From positions 288,001-352,000 of the forward strand of contig OZ219815.1 in assembly GCA_964291235.2 (NCBI GenBank): a DNA stretch of 64,000 nt. The letters are read 5' to 3'. The first letter of the stretch is position 1. Each line of letters begins with the position of its first letter. Both the position numbers and the translations under genes were made by a program. Positions 45,059-55,048 of the stretch are shown here, piece after piece. Source of the stretch: Vicinamibacteria bacterium. GTDB lineage: Bacteria; Acidobacteriota; Vicinamibacteria; Marinacidobacterales; Marinacidobacteraceae. The notes beneath the pieces are model-generated. The model had not been told where the DNA came from. It was given only the letters and a program-made list of their open reading frames with translations, and searched no databases.

Positions 45059-45788
45059 TGTCGGTCCGCCCGACCGTCATCCCGATGTTGCCGACCCGGC
45101 GGCCCATCGTGTAGTGCTCGCCGCTCCCAGCGGTCATCCCGAAGAAGTCCACGTCGGGCACGATCAGGCGGCCGCCGCCGTCGACGGCGCCTTCGACGGC
45201 GGTCGTCGCCACCACCTCCGCGACGAAGAGCTTCCGCACCGGCGGCACCTCGAGCGAGCCGATGACCCGGCACTCGCAGTGGATGGGCGACTCCTCCACG
45301 GTGGGCGCATCGACCACGCTCGCCGCGCCTCGGGTCAGACCGGAGAGCTCGAACTTGTCGGCCACGCGGCTGGAGTTCATGTCCACCGTGTCGAACGCTT
45401 CCATCATGGAGGCGACCGGGACGTTCAGCACGAACTCGTCGTGGAGTTCCAGCAGTTCCCTCGCCTGGTGCTCGAAGCCGGCGCTCACTCCGACCTGGGG
45501 CGGGTCGCCGTTCACGACGAAGGTCCAGAGCACCGAGATCTCGTCCGGGTCGCCGGGCCGGCCATTCACGGTGAGCAGGATCGCCGGGCAGGGCGGGATC
45601 ATCGGACCCGGCGCCGCCAGCGGGCGGCGAGGGCCGGTGAGCGGCGCCGGAGTCGTTTGGCTCTCGTCCGGGGGCGGCGCGGATCCCTCCGCCGACGTCC
45701 GCCCGCCCGGCGTGCATCCCCAGACCGCGGCGACCGCGGCCGCGACCGAGCCCCTCTCCAGAAACCGTCTTCGGGACCAACTGTCCAT
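45048..45788 (-). CDS. Flavin reductase-like (split-barrel) protein with Tat lipoprotein signal
   Basis: MDSWSRRRFLERG...AAVWGC; EFVLNVP, DKFELSGLT, APTVEESPIHCECRV, LFVAEVV. Confidence 0.8.
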   Translation of the reverse strand: MDSWSRRRFLERGSVAAAVAAVWGCTPGGRTSAEGSAPPPDESQTTPAPLTGPRRPLAAPGPMIPPCPAILLTVNGRPGDPDEISVLWTFVVNGDPPQVGVSAGFEHQARELLELHDEFVLNVPVASMMEAFDTVDMNSSRVADKFELSGLTRGAASVVDAPTVEESPIHCECRVIGSLEVPPVRKLFVAEVVATTAVEGAVDGGGRLIVPDVDFFGMTAGSGEHYTMGRRVGNIGMTVGRTDIKY

Positions 45789-45978
45789 GACGGCACCGGA
45801 CGATACCGCACGTTTCGCACATCGGCCCCCATCCGCGGGGTGCCCTTTCTGCCGCTTCAATGACGCCATTCCTGACGTTGGACGATCGAGCAGTCGGACC
45901 CCGAGGCGGCGTGGCCGCCATCCTCGTCGCCCACGTTGACGCCGACGGTGCGATGATCCGTGCCCGCGGGAGAACGTC

Positions 45979-47313
45979 ATGAAAGCCATCAGCGACAAAC
46001 CCTTGACCCCGTCCGCGAGAGCGGTCTCCGTTCTCCTGATCGGAGCGATCCTCACGGCCCTCGCCGGCTCGTGCGCGCCGCCACCGCCCCCGGACACCTC
46101 ACCCGGACTCGACCCGGAGCGGCTCGCCCGGCTCGACGTCGCCCTCGAGAGTTACGTCGAGGCCGGAACCCTGCCCGGTGCGGTGGCGCTCGTGGCCCAC
46201 CGGGGCGAAATCGCGTACCACAAGGCCTTCGGCTACCGCGACCGGGAAGCGGATGACCCGCTCGAAACCGACGACATCTTCCGGATCGCGTCCCAGTCCA
46301 AGGCGGTCGTGAGCGTGGCCATCATGATGCTGCAGGACGAGGGACGGCTCCTGATCTCGGATCCGGTCGGCCGCCATCTCCCGGAGTACCTGGAGACCAC
46401 CGTGGCGACCGCCAACCCCGACGGGACCTACGAGGTCGTGCCGGCGCGAGCGCCCGTCACCATCCGCCACCTGCTGACGCAAACCGCGGGGATTACCTAC
46501 GGCGGGGGGACGGCCGCCGCGGAATGGGCGGAAGCCGAGATCACCGGCTGGTACTTCGCGCACCGGGACGAGCCGATCCGGGAAACGGTGCGGCGCATGG
46601 CGTCCCTTCCCTTCGAAGCGCACCCCGGTGACTACTGGGTCTATGGCTACGCGACGGACATCCTGGGGGCGGTCGTCGAGGTCGCCTCGGGGATCCCGCT
46701 CGACGAGTTCCTTGAGACGCGGATCTTCGAGCCGCTGGGGATGACGGACACCCACTTCTATCTGCCGCCCGAAAAACGCGACCGCCTGACCGTCGTGTAC
46801 TCGGCCGGGGCTGACGGCCTCAACCGCGCCCCCGATCCCGGCGGCATGGTGGGACAGGGGGCCTACGTGGACGGCCCGCGGATGAGCTTTTCGGGGGGCG
46901 CCGGCCTCCTGTCCACCGCCTCCGACTATGGGCGGTTCCTCCAGATGCTGCTGAACGGCGGCAAGCTCGGCGACGCGCACATCCTGTCGCCGAAGAGCGT
47001 CGAACTCATGACCTTGGACCACCTCGGCGGAATGCTCGTCCGGGACCTGAACGATGCCAGCGCCGTCTTCGGCGCCGAACGGGGCGTCGGGTTCGGGCTC
47101 GGGTTTCGGGTGGTGGAAGACGTGGGCGCGCACGGCGCGCCCGGCTCGGAGGGCGTTTACGGGTGGGGCGGGGCCTATCACTCGAGCTACTGGGTGGACC
47201 CGAAGGAGGAGCTGGTGGTCGTGTACCTCGCTCAACTGATCCCCGCCGGCAACCTCGACGACCACGCCAAGTTCCGGGCGCTCGTTTACCAGGCGATCGA
47301 TACCGCCAACTGA
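45979..47313 (+). CDS. Serine hydrolase, class C beta-lactamase/D-peptidase-like, probable lipoprotein
   Basis: FRIASQSK (SxxK), [30 protein letters not shown]; LAGSC lipobox. Confidence 0.9.
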   Translation: MKAISDKPLTPSARAVSVLLIGAILTALAGSCAPPPPPDTSPGLDPERLARLDVALESYVEAGTLPGAVALVAHRGEIAYHKAFGYRDREADDPLETDDIFRIASQSKAVVSVAIMMLQDEGRLLISDPVGRHLPEYLETTVATANPDGTYEVVPARAPVTIRHLLTQTAGITYGGGTAAAEWAEAEITGWYFAHRDEPIRETVRRMASLPFEAHPGDYWVYGYATDILGAVVEVASGIPLDEFLETRIFEPLGMTDTHFYLPPEKRDRLTVVYSAGADGLNRAPDPGGMVGQGAYVDGPRMSFSGGAGLLSTASDYGRFLQMLLNGGKLGDAHILSPKSVELMTLDHLGGMLVRDLNDASAVFGAERGVGFGLGFRVVEDVGAHGAPGSEGVYGWGGAYHSSYWVDPKEELVVVYLAQLIPAGNLDDHAKFRALVYQAIDTAN

Positions 47314-47326
47314 CCGGGGCCCCCTC

Positions 47327-48748
47327 CTACGAGCCGCTGCGCGGGGCTCCGAGGATCAGCGTGTCCAGCTCGGCTTCGGGGATCGCCGCGTACTCCCGGG
47401 CGCGCCGGAAGTAGAAGAGCGCGCCGAGCGCGATCCAGCCGGCCAGGGCGATCCACGACGGCAACGCCATGAACCCGGGCATCCCGGGAACGCATAGGAG
47501 GATCAGGAAGCCGGCGGACAGAATCGCGCCGAGCACCGCCTCCAGCCGCGCCCACCGGCGACGCGCCACCGTGAACGCCGCGAGGCAGGTGTAGAGGAAA
47601 CCGCAGGCGGTACCGACCGCGGCCATGTCCACCACCCAGACGATGACCTCCCGTCCGAACCAGGGTGCGAGCAGCGAAACCGTCCCGGTGAACAGCAAGG
47701 CGTTCCGGGGCGTGCCGCGAGCACGGTCGATGGCCCCGAACCAGGGCGGCAGCAGCCGGGCCCGCCCCATGCTGAAGAGAAGGCGGCTGCTCGCCATGAA
47801 GAAGCCGTTGATCCCGGTGAAGATCGCCAGCACGACGGCGACGCTCAGAACGGCCACTCCTACCCCACCAAGGCTCGCCCGCACCGCGGCGCCGGTCGCC
47901 CAGACCGGCTCGCCGGCCACCAGCTCGCGCCACGGCAGGACCACCCCCGTGGCCAGCACCACCACCACGTACATCCCGGCGCCGGCCAGGATTGCCGCCG
48001 CCATCAGCCGGAACGCCTTCCGGGCCGGAAACGCGAACTCCTCGGCGGCCTGCGGCAGGGTGTCGAAGCCGACGTAGAGCCACGGCGAGATCGCGAGCAT
48101 CGCCAGGACGCCGGCCCAGGCGGACCTCTCAGGCGCGAACCAGGGCTGCCAGTTGGCCGCGCTGGCACTGGATCCGGTAAGCGCGCCGATGCCCACCAGG
48201 GCCACCGCCGCCACCAGGAGGCCGGTCATCACCACCTGGGTCCTCCCCACCCCCTGCACGCCCCGGGAGTGCAGGTACCCGACGAGCACGACCGCGAACG
48301 TCGCGAGGCCGACTTCCCCGGCGAACACCTCGAATCCGGCGACGGTGTAGAGGTAGCCCCGGGCGAACAGTTCCGGCGCGAGGAACTTGCCGAGAATGGC
48401 GAGCGCCGTCGCGTTGAGCGGCACGATGCTCAGATAGCCGAGGGTGAGAAACCAGCCGCAGACCACCGCATGGCGCCGGCCGGCGGCCCGGTAGGCATAC
48501 GCGAACTCCGCCCCCGCCACCGGAAAGGTACGGACCATGAGGCCGTAGCTGCGGGCGATCACGATCATCGCCACCGCGCCGAGCGCGATCCCCAGCGCCG
48601 CGCCGAGCGGCCCGGCGGTCCCCAGGAAGTCGCCCGCGAGGATGAAACAGCCGAAGCCGATCACGCAGCCGAGCGCCAGCGACGCGACCTGAAGCGGCGC
48701 GAGCACCGGCTTGAGTCGCGAACGCTCGCTCAGGGAGGTGTCAGGCAA
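47327..48748 (-). CDS. APC family amino acid permease
   Basis: LGCVIGFGCF, FPVAGAEFAY, WLYVGFD...EE, SRLLFSMGR..LLP, GTP.NA. Confidence 0.9.
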   Translation of the reverse strand: MPDTSLSERSRLKPVLAPLQVASLALGCVIGFGCFILAGDFLGTAGPLGAALGIALGAVAMIVIARSYGLMVRTFPVAGAEFAYAYRAAGRRHAVVCGWFLTLGYLSIVPLNATALAILGKFLAPELFARGYLYTVAGFEVFAGEVGLATFAVVLVGYLHSRGVQGVGRTQVVMTGLLVAAVALVGIGALTGSSASAANWQPWFAPERSAWAGVLAMLAISPWLYVGFDTLPQAAEEFAFPARKAFRLMAAAILAGAGMYVVVVLATGVVLPWRELVAGEPVWATGAAVRASLGGVGVAVLSVAVVLAIFTGINGFFMASSRLLFSMGRARLLPPWFGAIDRARGTPRNALLFTGTVSLLAPWFGREVIVWVVDMAAVGTACGFLYTCLAAFTVARRRWARLEAVLGAILSAGFLILLCVPGMPGFMALPSWIALAGWIALGALFYFRRAREYAAIPEAELDTLILGAPRSGS

Positions 48749-48875
48749 GAGTCACGTCCACCAGGCATGGGTCCGGTCGGGCGGATTATCGCGGTGCCGG
48801 GTTTCGGGGCATTCATCGTTCCCTCAGGCCGTGATGCACTGGTTGGTCCATCCGGAACTCCGTAGAGTTGCCCTC

Positions 48876-50078
48876 ATGAGAGTCTCCCGACGCATCGCGC
48901 TGCGATCGGTGCTGGCGCCCCTGGCGCTGGGGTGGGCCCCGGCCGCCCGGGCGGGGACCCAGACCGCAGCCCGCCATTCCAGCTTCGACCCCTGGATCGA
49001 GATCCGGCCCGACCACGTCCGGCACAACCTCCGGGAGGTCAGCCGGCTCGTGGAAGGCCGGCCCATCCTGGCGGTGATCAAGAACAACGCCTACGGCATG
49101 GGCCTCCTCAACATGGCCCGGATTCTGGAAACGGAGGCCGGGGTGAGCGGCATGGCGGTCGTGAAGCTGAGCGAGGCGCTCGCACTGCGCGACGGCGGCA
49201 TTACCAAGCCGGTCCTCCTGATGGGACCTTTCGATCAGGACGATCTGGAGGCGGCGGTGATGCGGGACGTCATGCCGATGGTTTACAAGCCGGTGGGCGA
49301 CACGCTGGACCGGCTGGCGGCCCGGAGGCAGGCAGCGGTCCCGGTACAGGTGTGCGTGGACACCGGGATGGGCCGGGTCGGCGTTTCCTACCGGGAGGCG
49401 GCTGAACTGATCGCCGATCTCGCCGGCAGGGAGGGAGTGGGCCTCGTCGGGACGATGACCACGCTCAACGAAGACGCGGAGTTCGAAAAGCTGCAGCTGG
49501 AGCGATTCCGGGACGTCGAAGCGACCCTCGCCGCCAGCGGGATCGCGATCGGCCAGCGGCATGCGGCTTCGAGCTTCGGCCTGTTCGACAATCCGGCGGC
49601 GTTTCTGGACGTGGTGCGGCCCGGCATGGCGCTCTTTGGTCAGTACTCGCTGCCGAGGTTCCGCGGAATGGACCGGCTCGACCTGCGGCCCACCATGAGC
49701 CTGAAAGCCCGGGTGGCGCTCGTGAAGCAGCTACGGGAGGGCGACCCCGCCGGCTACGAGGCGGCGTACCGGGCGGACCGGGACGTCTGGATCGCGACCG
49801 TCCCCGCGGGACACGTGGACGGCGTGCCCCGGGTGGCGGCAAACGGTGGCTGGGTGAAGATTCGCGGAACGCGCTACCCCATCATCGCCAGCGTGTCCGC
49901 GAGCCACACCATCGTCGAGATCGGACCGGACAAGACCGTGAACGAGGGCGATGTCGCGACCTACTTCGACTGGGAGGACGGCTCCCGGCCGGAGGACGCC
50001 GCCGGCGCGTCCGGCGCCTCGGTGTACGACTTGGTCATGCACCTCAACCCGACGCTCCCGCGGCGACTGGTCGCGTAA
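48876..50078 (+). CDS. alr: Alanine racemase family protein with signal peptide
   Basis: PLP Lys motif AVIKNNAYGMG, VDTGMGRVG, VRPGMALFG, AGY (second catalytic Tyr); leader MRVSRRIALRSVLAPLALGWAPAARA. Confidence 0.82.
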   Translation: MRVSRRIALRSVLAPLALGWAPAARAGTQTAARHSSFDPWIEIRPDHVRHNLREVSRLVEGRPILAVIKNNAYGMGLLNMARILETEAGVSGMAVVKLSEALALRDGGITKPVLLMGPFDQDDLEAAVMRDVMPMVYKPVGDTLDRLAARRQAAVPVQVCVDTGMGRVGVSYREAAELIADLAGREGVGLVGTMTTLNEDAEFEKLQLERFRDVEATLAASGIAIGQRHAASSFGLFDNPAAFLDVVRPGMALFGQYSLPRFRGMDRLDLRPTMSLKARVALVKQLREGDPAGYEAAYRADRDVWIATVPAGHVDGVPRVAANGGWVKIRGTRYPIIASVSASHTIVEIGPDKTVNEGDVATYFDWEDGSRPEDAAGASGASVYDLVMHLNPTLPRRLVA

Positions 50079-50099
50079 GCGCGGTGCCCGGCCGCGCGG

Positions 50100-50375
50100 C
50101 TACTTCACCCGCGGTCGCTCGGCGGCCCGCTGGGCCTGCACGTACGTTTCGAGCACGCGGTTGATCCGGGTCTGGTAGCCCTTGCCCGGACGCTTGAACC
50201 ACTGAAGCACCGAGCGACGGACCCGGAGTGAAATCTGCTCGGTACGGTCCGGCTCGACCAATGTCGCATCTCGCCAGAAGCTCTCTTCGAGTTCGGGAAT
50301 CTCGCTGAAGTCGATGTCCTCGTCCTTCAGCGTCCGAATCTGATCAGGTTCAAGTGGTTTGTCGAAGGTGCTCAT
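50100..50375 (-). CDS. brnA: BrnA antitoxin (DUF4415)
   Basis: DIDFSEIPEL, ISLRV...VLQWFK..GKGYQTRINRVL. Confidence 0.9.
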   Translation of the reverse strand: MSTFDKPLEPDQIRTLKDEDIDFSEIPELEESFWRDATLVEPDRTEQISLRVRRSVLQWFKRPGKGYQTRINRVLETYVQAQRAAERPRVK

Positions 50376-50634
50376 GCCAGGCCTGCCTTTCTTTCCGGGA
50401 CGCTGGACGGGCGGAAATCAGCCGGGTTCGACTCTCGCGCCCGGTATGGGCGACCACGACCACCGCCATGCCGTCCACCTCTCCAACACTGATGTAGCGA
50501 TCCTCCCCGTAGTTCCGGCGCGTGTCGGATCGAGTGAGATGCGGCCCCTCGAAGATCCGCTGGGCGATCTCGAAGCTCACGCCGTGTTTTGAGATGTTGG
50601 CGCGATTCTTCGTGTCGTCCCATTCGAACTGCAT
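50350..50634 (-). CDS. brnT: BrnT toxin (DUF497)
   Basis: FEWDDTKNRANISKHGVSFE, YGEDR, RLISAR.A..KER. Confidence 0.92.
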   Translation of the reverse strand: MQFEWDDTKNRANISKHGVSFEIAQRIFEGPHLTRSDTRRNYGEDRYISVGEVDGMAVVVVAHTGRESRTRLISARPASRKERQAWHEHLRQTT

Positions 50635-50640
50635 CAGGAA

Positions 50641-50666
50641 CGTATATGCAAGTCGTATTTATAACA
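50641..50666 (-). promoter_or_regulatory. brnTA promoter/operator
   Basis: Minus strand TGnTATAAA extended -10; imperfect repeats cgtatatgc and cgtatttat just upstream of the ATG. Confidence 0.45.
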
Positions 50667-50823
50667 CGCTCCGGCAACACGACTTCCGTAACGAGTCGGG
50701 CGCGTCGGGCAACAAGACTGCGCTCCGGACGCCAGGGCGGTAGGACAGGGCAGCAAACGGCACGCGGCATCCATTTCCCGGCGCAGGCAGGGAGGCCACT
50801 CCCCTGCTAATCTCCCCCTCCCC

Positions 50824-51276
50824 ATGCAAAGACGCGAGGCGCTCAGGGCGACGCTCTTCCTGATCGCGGCCCCCGCCGTCACGAGAGCCGCCGAAGAAGG
50901 CCGCGAGGTCACCGTCTCCGGACGGGCCGTCTGCCTGAAGGGCGGCGAACCCGGACCGGTCGCGGACTGCTCCTTCGGAGAGGAATTCGGGATCGAGTCC
51001 CCCGACGGCACGATCCACCGGCTGGATCCCACCGACATCCGGGTCGAGATCCTCACCGACGAACGGGTGAACATGCATCCGGTCGAGGTCGCCCTCTGGC
51101 AGGAAGACGGCCTCGGAAAAATCATCCGCCTGCACACGATCCAGGACGGCGAGGCCATCGAGCCCTACTACTTCTGCTTCACCTGCAACATCACCTCGCA
51201 CATTCCGGGCCCCTGCTGGTGCTGCCAGCAGGAATTCGAGTTCAAGGAACGCCCCGCCCGGCCCTCGACGGACTAG
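50824..51276 (+). CDS. Exported Cys-rich hypothetical protein (CxxC...CxCC)
   Basis: Leader MQRREALRATLFLIAAPAVTRA; C-terminal YYFCFTCNITSHIPGPCWCCQQEF. Confidence 0.72.
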   Translation: MQRREALRATLFLIAAPAVTRAAEEGREVTVSGRAVCLKGGEPGPVADCSFGEEFGIESPDGTIHRLDPTDIRVEILTDERVNMHPVEVALWQEDGLGKIIRLHTIQDGEAIEPYYFCFTCNITSHIPGPCWCCQQEFEFKERPARPSTD

Positions 51277-51401
51277 GAACCGGCGGTTCCGCGGGCCGGG
51301 CTCGCGGTCCCTGAGCGAACCGGATTCCGGGAAGATGCCTTCGCCTCGCGGAGAGACTCTGCGCGGCATGATTCCATGCCGTCCCGCGCTAGGTTTCTCC
51401 C

Positions 51402-52820
51402 GTGCCCCTCGTCCTGTTTGCCCTCCTGTTCTTGAGCGTACCGGGGGCCGCGGCGGCGCAGGGCGACCGGCCCAGCGCAACCGAACTCGGCTGGCTCGAG
51501 TCCTTCCTGATGACCGCCGAAGAGCGCCGGGCCTCCATCGAGGCGCTGACGCACGGCGACCGGGAGGCGTTTCGGCGACTGTTCTGGATGCGGCGCGATC
51601 CGGATCCGTCCACTCCCCAGAACGAGACCCTCGATCTCTATCTGGCGCGGGTGCGGCTGGCCGATTCCAACTTCTCGGAGGACGGCGGTTTCGGCGGGGG
51701 TGACCGGGCCCGGGTTTTCGTGCTGCTCGGCATGCCCGTGCAGGTCTTGCCTCAACCGGCTACCGAAACAACCCCGGAAGGACTCCTCTGGGTCTTCCCG
51801 CCCGACCCGAAAAACGGTATTCCGGACACCCTCGAGGCCCTCTATCAGCGCGACGACGAAGGCCAGCTCTGGCTGGAGAACCGCACCGCTGTGGATGAGA
51901 GCCTCGAGGAAATGCGGCGGCGTCTCATCACGCGGCCCGAGATCGGCTTCGAGCGCGACGAGGATGGCCGGCTGATCATTCCGAACCTGCCAGCCGGGGG
52001 TTCCGAGCGCGCCCGCCGAGTGCTCGCCGGCCTCGAGGCCGGCGCCGAGGAAAGGGGCGCGTTTGCCTTCCGGGTGACCCCCGCCTTCTTCCGCCGGGAC
52101 GATCGGGCGACCTACGTGGCCCTGCTGCTCGAAACGCCCGCCGACGCGCTCGCTCCCGGGACCGACGGCCAATTGGCCGCCTCCGTCTTCGCCAAGACCG
52201 CATCCGCCGAGGAGGAAGGCCCCGGCGCCGCAACGTACCGGCTCGAGACCACCCACATCGAGATTCAGTCCGCGGAAGGCCCGGTCCGCTTCGAGGCCTC
52301 GCTGGTGCTGCCGCCGGGCTCGCACCGCCTGCTCCTCGGCGTCGTGGACGAGCAATCGGACGCCTTCGCCACGGCAGCGGTCGAGATCGAGGCGCCTGCC
52401 TTCCCCCAGACCGAACCGGGGTTTTCCTCGGTCGTCCTCTACGGCGACACCACGATGCAGGAGTACAGCGGCACGGTCCCCGGACGAGCGTTCCAGTTCG
52501 GACGGACCCACTTCGAACCCCGCTCCACCGCCGTGTTCCGGCAGGACGAGACGCTCGGCGCCTTCTACTTCTTCTATCCGGGCGAACGGGTGGAAGACGG
52601 GGAGCTACCGGAGATCGTGGCCGAATACACCCTCAGCCGGGAAGGACGGGACACCGGGTTCGTCCGACCCGAAGCACTCCCGACGAGCACCCGGCAGGCG
52701 GCGGCCAACGCGGAGATCGAACTACGGGATTTCGCGCCAGGCCGCTACGAACTCGGGATTCGGGTCCTCTACGGGGACCAGGTCTTCGAGACGCAGAAGG
52801 CGTTCACGCTGGTCCGCTGA
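51402..52820 (+). CDS. Divergent GWxTD-domain protein
   Basis: Signal peptide; FLMTAEER, FRRLFWMRRDPDPSTPQNE, R...AD..F, GFGGGDRARVFVLLGMP. Confidence 0.75.
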   Translation: MPLVLFALLFLSVPGAAAAQGDRPSATELGWLESFLMTAEERRASIEALTHGDREAFRRLFWMRRDPDPSTPQNETLDLYLARVRLADSNFSEDGGFGGGDRARVFVLLGMPVQVLPQPATETTPEGLLWVFPPDPKNGIPDTLEALYQRDDEGQLWLENRTAVDESLEEMRRRLITRPEIGFERDEDGRLIIPNLPAGGSERARRVLAGLEAGAEERGAFAFRVTPAFFRRDDRATYVALLLETPADALAPGTDGQLAASVFAKTASAEEEGPGAATYRLETTHIEIQSAEGPVRFEASLVLPPGSHRLLLGVVDEQSDAFATAAVEIEAPAFPQTEPGFSSVVLYGDTTMQEYSGTVPGRAFQFGRTHFEPRSTAVFRQDETLGAFYFFYPGERVEDGELPEIVAEYTLSREGRDTGFVRPEALPTSTRQAAANAEIELRDFAPGRYELGIRVLYGDQVFETQKAFTLVR

Positions 52821-52847
52821 TCTCGCGGGTCGCGTACCCGCGAACGA

Positions 52848-54317
52848 TCAGGACTCCGTCTCGGCGGCAACCTCCACCCCGAACCGTTCCACGGCCTCGA
52901 GCGTGCTCCGGACATCTTCCCAGGTGGTCGTGTGGTTGATGATGCAGAGCCGGAGGGAGAACTTCCCGTCGGCCTGGGTGGACGAGACGATCGCATCGCC
53001 GCCCCAGAACACGCGGGCGAGCACCTTCCGGTTGATCGTCTGGAGCGATTCTTCATCGTCCGGCGCGCGGCGCGGCCGGGATCGGAAGCAGAGGATTCCG
53101 AGCAATGCGGGGTTCAGCAGCTCGAGATCGGGGCTGTTGCGAACGTGATCTTCGGCCCTCGCAGCCAATTCCATTCCGCTCGCGATTGCCTGCCGGAGCG
53201 CGGCCATTCCGAAGGTCTGGATCGTCATCCAGACCTTGAGCGCCCGGAACGAACGGCTGAGCTGCAACCCGCGGTCGGCAAAATTCGGGTGGTTCTTTCC
53301 CCAGAGGGTGTCCTGGAGCACGTCGTGGTGCAGTCCGAACGGGGTCTCCAGAGTGCCGGCGTCCTTCACCAGCAGACACCCCGCCTCGTAAGGCTGGAAG
53401 AACCACTTGTGCGCGTCGAGTCCGATGGAGTCGGCGCGCCCGATTCCGCGTAACAGAGCCTTCCCTACCTCCGTCACCGCGGCGAAACCGCCGTAGGCGG
53501 CGTCCACGTGCATCCAGATTTTTTCCCGAGCGCAGAACTCGGCGATCTCGGGGAGGGAATCGATCGTCCCGGTGCTGGCGGCGCCGGCGTTCGCACAGAT
53601 CACCAGCGGATGAAGGCCCGCGGCGCGATCCTCGCGGATGGCGTCGCGCAGGGAGTCGAGGTCGAGGCCGGTCCGTCCATCGGCCGGAAGCCGCCGAATC
53701 CGGTCCCGCCGAATGCCGATGATCATGGCGGCGCGGTCGAGCACGCTGTGGCTCTGGTTGCTCATGTACACCACGCCGCGCTCCGGATTGCCGGCCGCTT
53801 CCCGCGCCGCTACGAACGCGTTCAGGGTGGCCGCCGAGCCTCCGCTGGTGAAAAGGCCGCCGGCGGCTTCCGGATAGCCGATCCACTGCCGGAACCAGTC
53901 AATGACCACCAGCTCGAGCTGGCCGGGGCCGCTCGCCACCAGCCAGGTACAGGCATTGATGTGGTACCCGGACGCCATGAAATCGGCGAGCACCCCGGGC
54001 CACGTCGGCGAGGAGGGCACGAACGCGAAGGACCGGGGATGATCGAGCCGGGTGGCGAACGGCAGGATCTCACGCGCCGCCCGCTCGATGACAGCTTCCG
54101 CCGCCCGTCCTTCCTCCGGGGGCTCCTCGACCAACCGGTCGGCGAGCGAGGTCCGGAAATCTCCGTCCCACGCCTCGTGCTCCGGCAGGTTCTCGAGGCG
54201 TTCCACGAGCAGTTCGGCCGCCTGGCGGGCCAGGTCCAGCATGCGGTCCGGCGCCATGCGGAGCCCATCGGGCGAGGCTCCAGCGGACGCTCTACCGCTG
54301 CGCTTGGGCGGTTCCAT
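52848..54317 (-). CDS. Group II PLP-dependent decarboxylase (aromatic-L-amino-acid decarboxylase-like)
   Basis: HPRSFAFVP, FTSGGS, SH, AG..STGTID, WMHVDAAYGG, DAHKW, QLSRSFRALKVW. Confidence 0.9.
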   Translation of the reverse strand: MEPPKRSGRASAGASPDGLRMAPDRMLDLARQAAELLVERLENLPEHEAWDGDFRTSLADRLVEEPPEEGRAAEAVIERAAREILPFATRLDHPRSFAFVPSSPTWPGVLADFMASGYHINACTWLVASGPGQLELVVIDWFRQWIGYPEAAGGLFTSGGSAATLNAFVAAREAAGNPERGVVYMSNQSHSVLDRAAMIIGIRRDRIRRLPADGRTGLDLDSLRDAIREDRAAGLHPLVICANAGAASTGTIDSLPEIAEFCAREKIWMHVDAAYGGFAAVTEVGKALLRGIGRADSIGLDAHKWFFQPYEAGCLLVKDAGTLETPFGLHHDVLQDTLWGKNHPNFADRGLQLSRSFRALKVWMTIQTFGMAALRQAIASGMELAARAEDHVRNSPDLELLNPALLGILCFRSRPRRAPDDEESLQTINRKVLARVFWGGDAIVSSTQADGKFSLRLCIINHTTTWEDVRSTLEAVERFGVEVAAETES

Positions 54318-54517
54318 CCCCTCTACCTCCCAGACTTTTCATTGTCAGGGACCGAACTGTATGCGGACTCGCTCGGGCCACCAAGACAAGGGATCCAGGC
54401 GGCAGGCACCGCACCCCGCTCCCGCGGACCACTCGGTTGTCGTCGCGGCCGACGAATGCAAATGGTCGTCGTCCTCGACAGATGGCGCGCCCTGGAGCCT
54501 TGTCTCGGAGCCCCTCC

Positions 54518-55015
54518 CTACTGCACGCAGTCGGAGACGATGATCACGTCGTCGTCCTCGAGGTAGTTCACCGTGTAGGGGCACTGGCCCTGCGACTCCA
54601 TGCCCTCGTACTTGCCGGTACCGCCGACCCATTCGAAACCGCCGTCGCCGCCGCCACCGACTTCGGCGTCGCCTTCCTGCCGCCATGCGGTCGTGTACAC
54701 CTCGTCGCCGTCACCGTCCTCGAAGGTGCATTCGCTGTGGATGTCCAGTTCGGCTTCCGACCGCGAGATGAAGATGGCGCACGTCCCGTGCAGGGTGGCG
54801 CCCGCCGGAATGGCGTTGTCCTCCGGGGCGGCGGTAACCCTCAGGATCCCGTGGAGCGATCCCGCAATCACCACCTTGCCGGGATGCTGGATCGTCGTGT
54901 AGTCCCGCTGGCCAATGAGCACGAAGCTCATGGCCTCGGGCTCCTGGGAAGAAGCGGGCCCGGCTGCGGCAAAACCGAACACCAAAACCAGACATAGCCA
55001 TCGCGTAGCGGACAT
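54518..55015 (-). CDS. Secreted hypothetical beta-barrel-like protein
   Basis: Signal peptide, GGAGG RBS, CTFEDGDGD, VGGTGKYEGM, paired Cys. Confidence 0.65.
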   Translation of the reverse strand: MSATRWLCLVLVFGFAAAGPASSQEPEAMSFVLIGQRDYTTIQHPGKVVIAGSLHGILRVTAAPEDNAIPAGATLHGTCAIFISRSEAELDIHSECTFEDGDGDEVYTTAWRQEGDAEVGGGGDGGFEWVGGTGKYEGMESQGQCPYTVNYLEDDDVIIVSDCVQ

Positions 55016-55048
55016 CGAAGTACCTCCCCCTCTTAATCCGTCAGGAAC

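Noticed and set aside
54320-54517. Riboswitch or ncRNA upstream of the decarboxylase
   Set aside because: No recognisable aptamer consensus; an Rfam covariance search would be needed.
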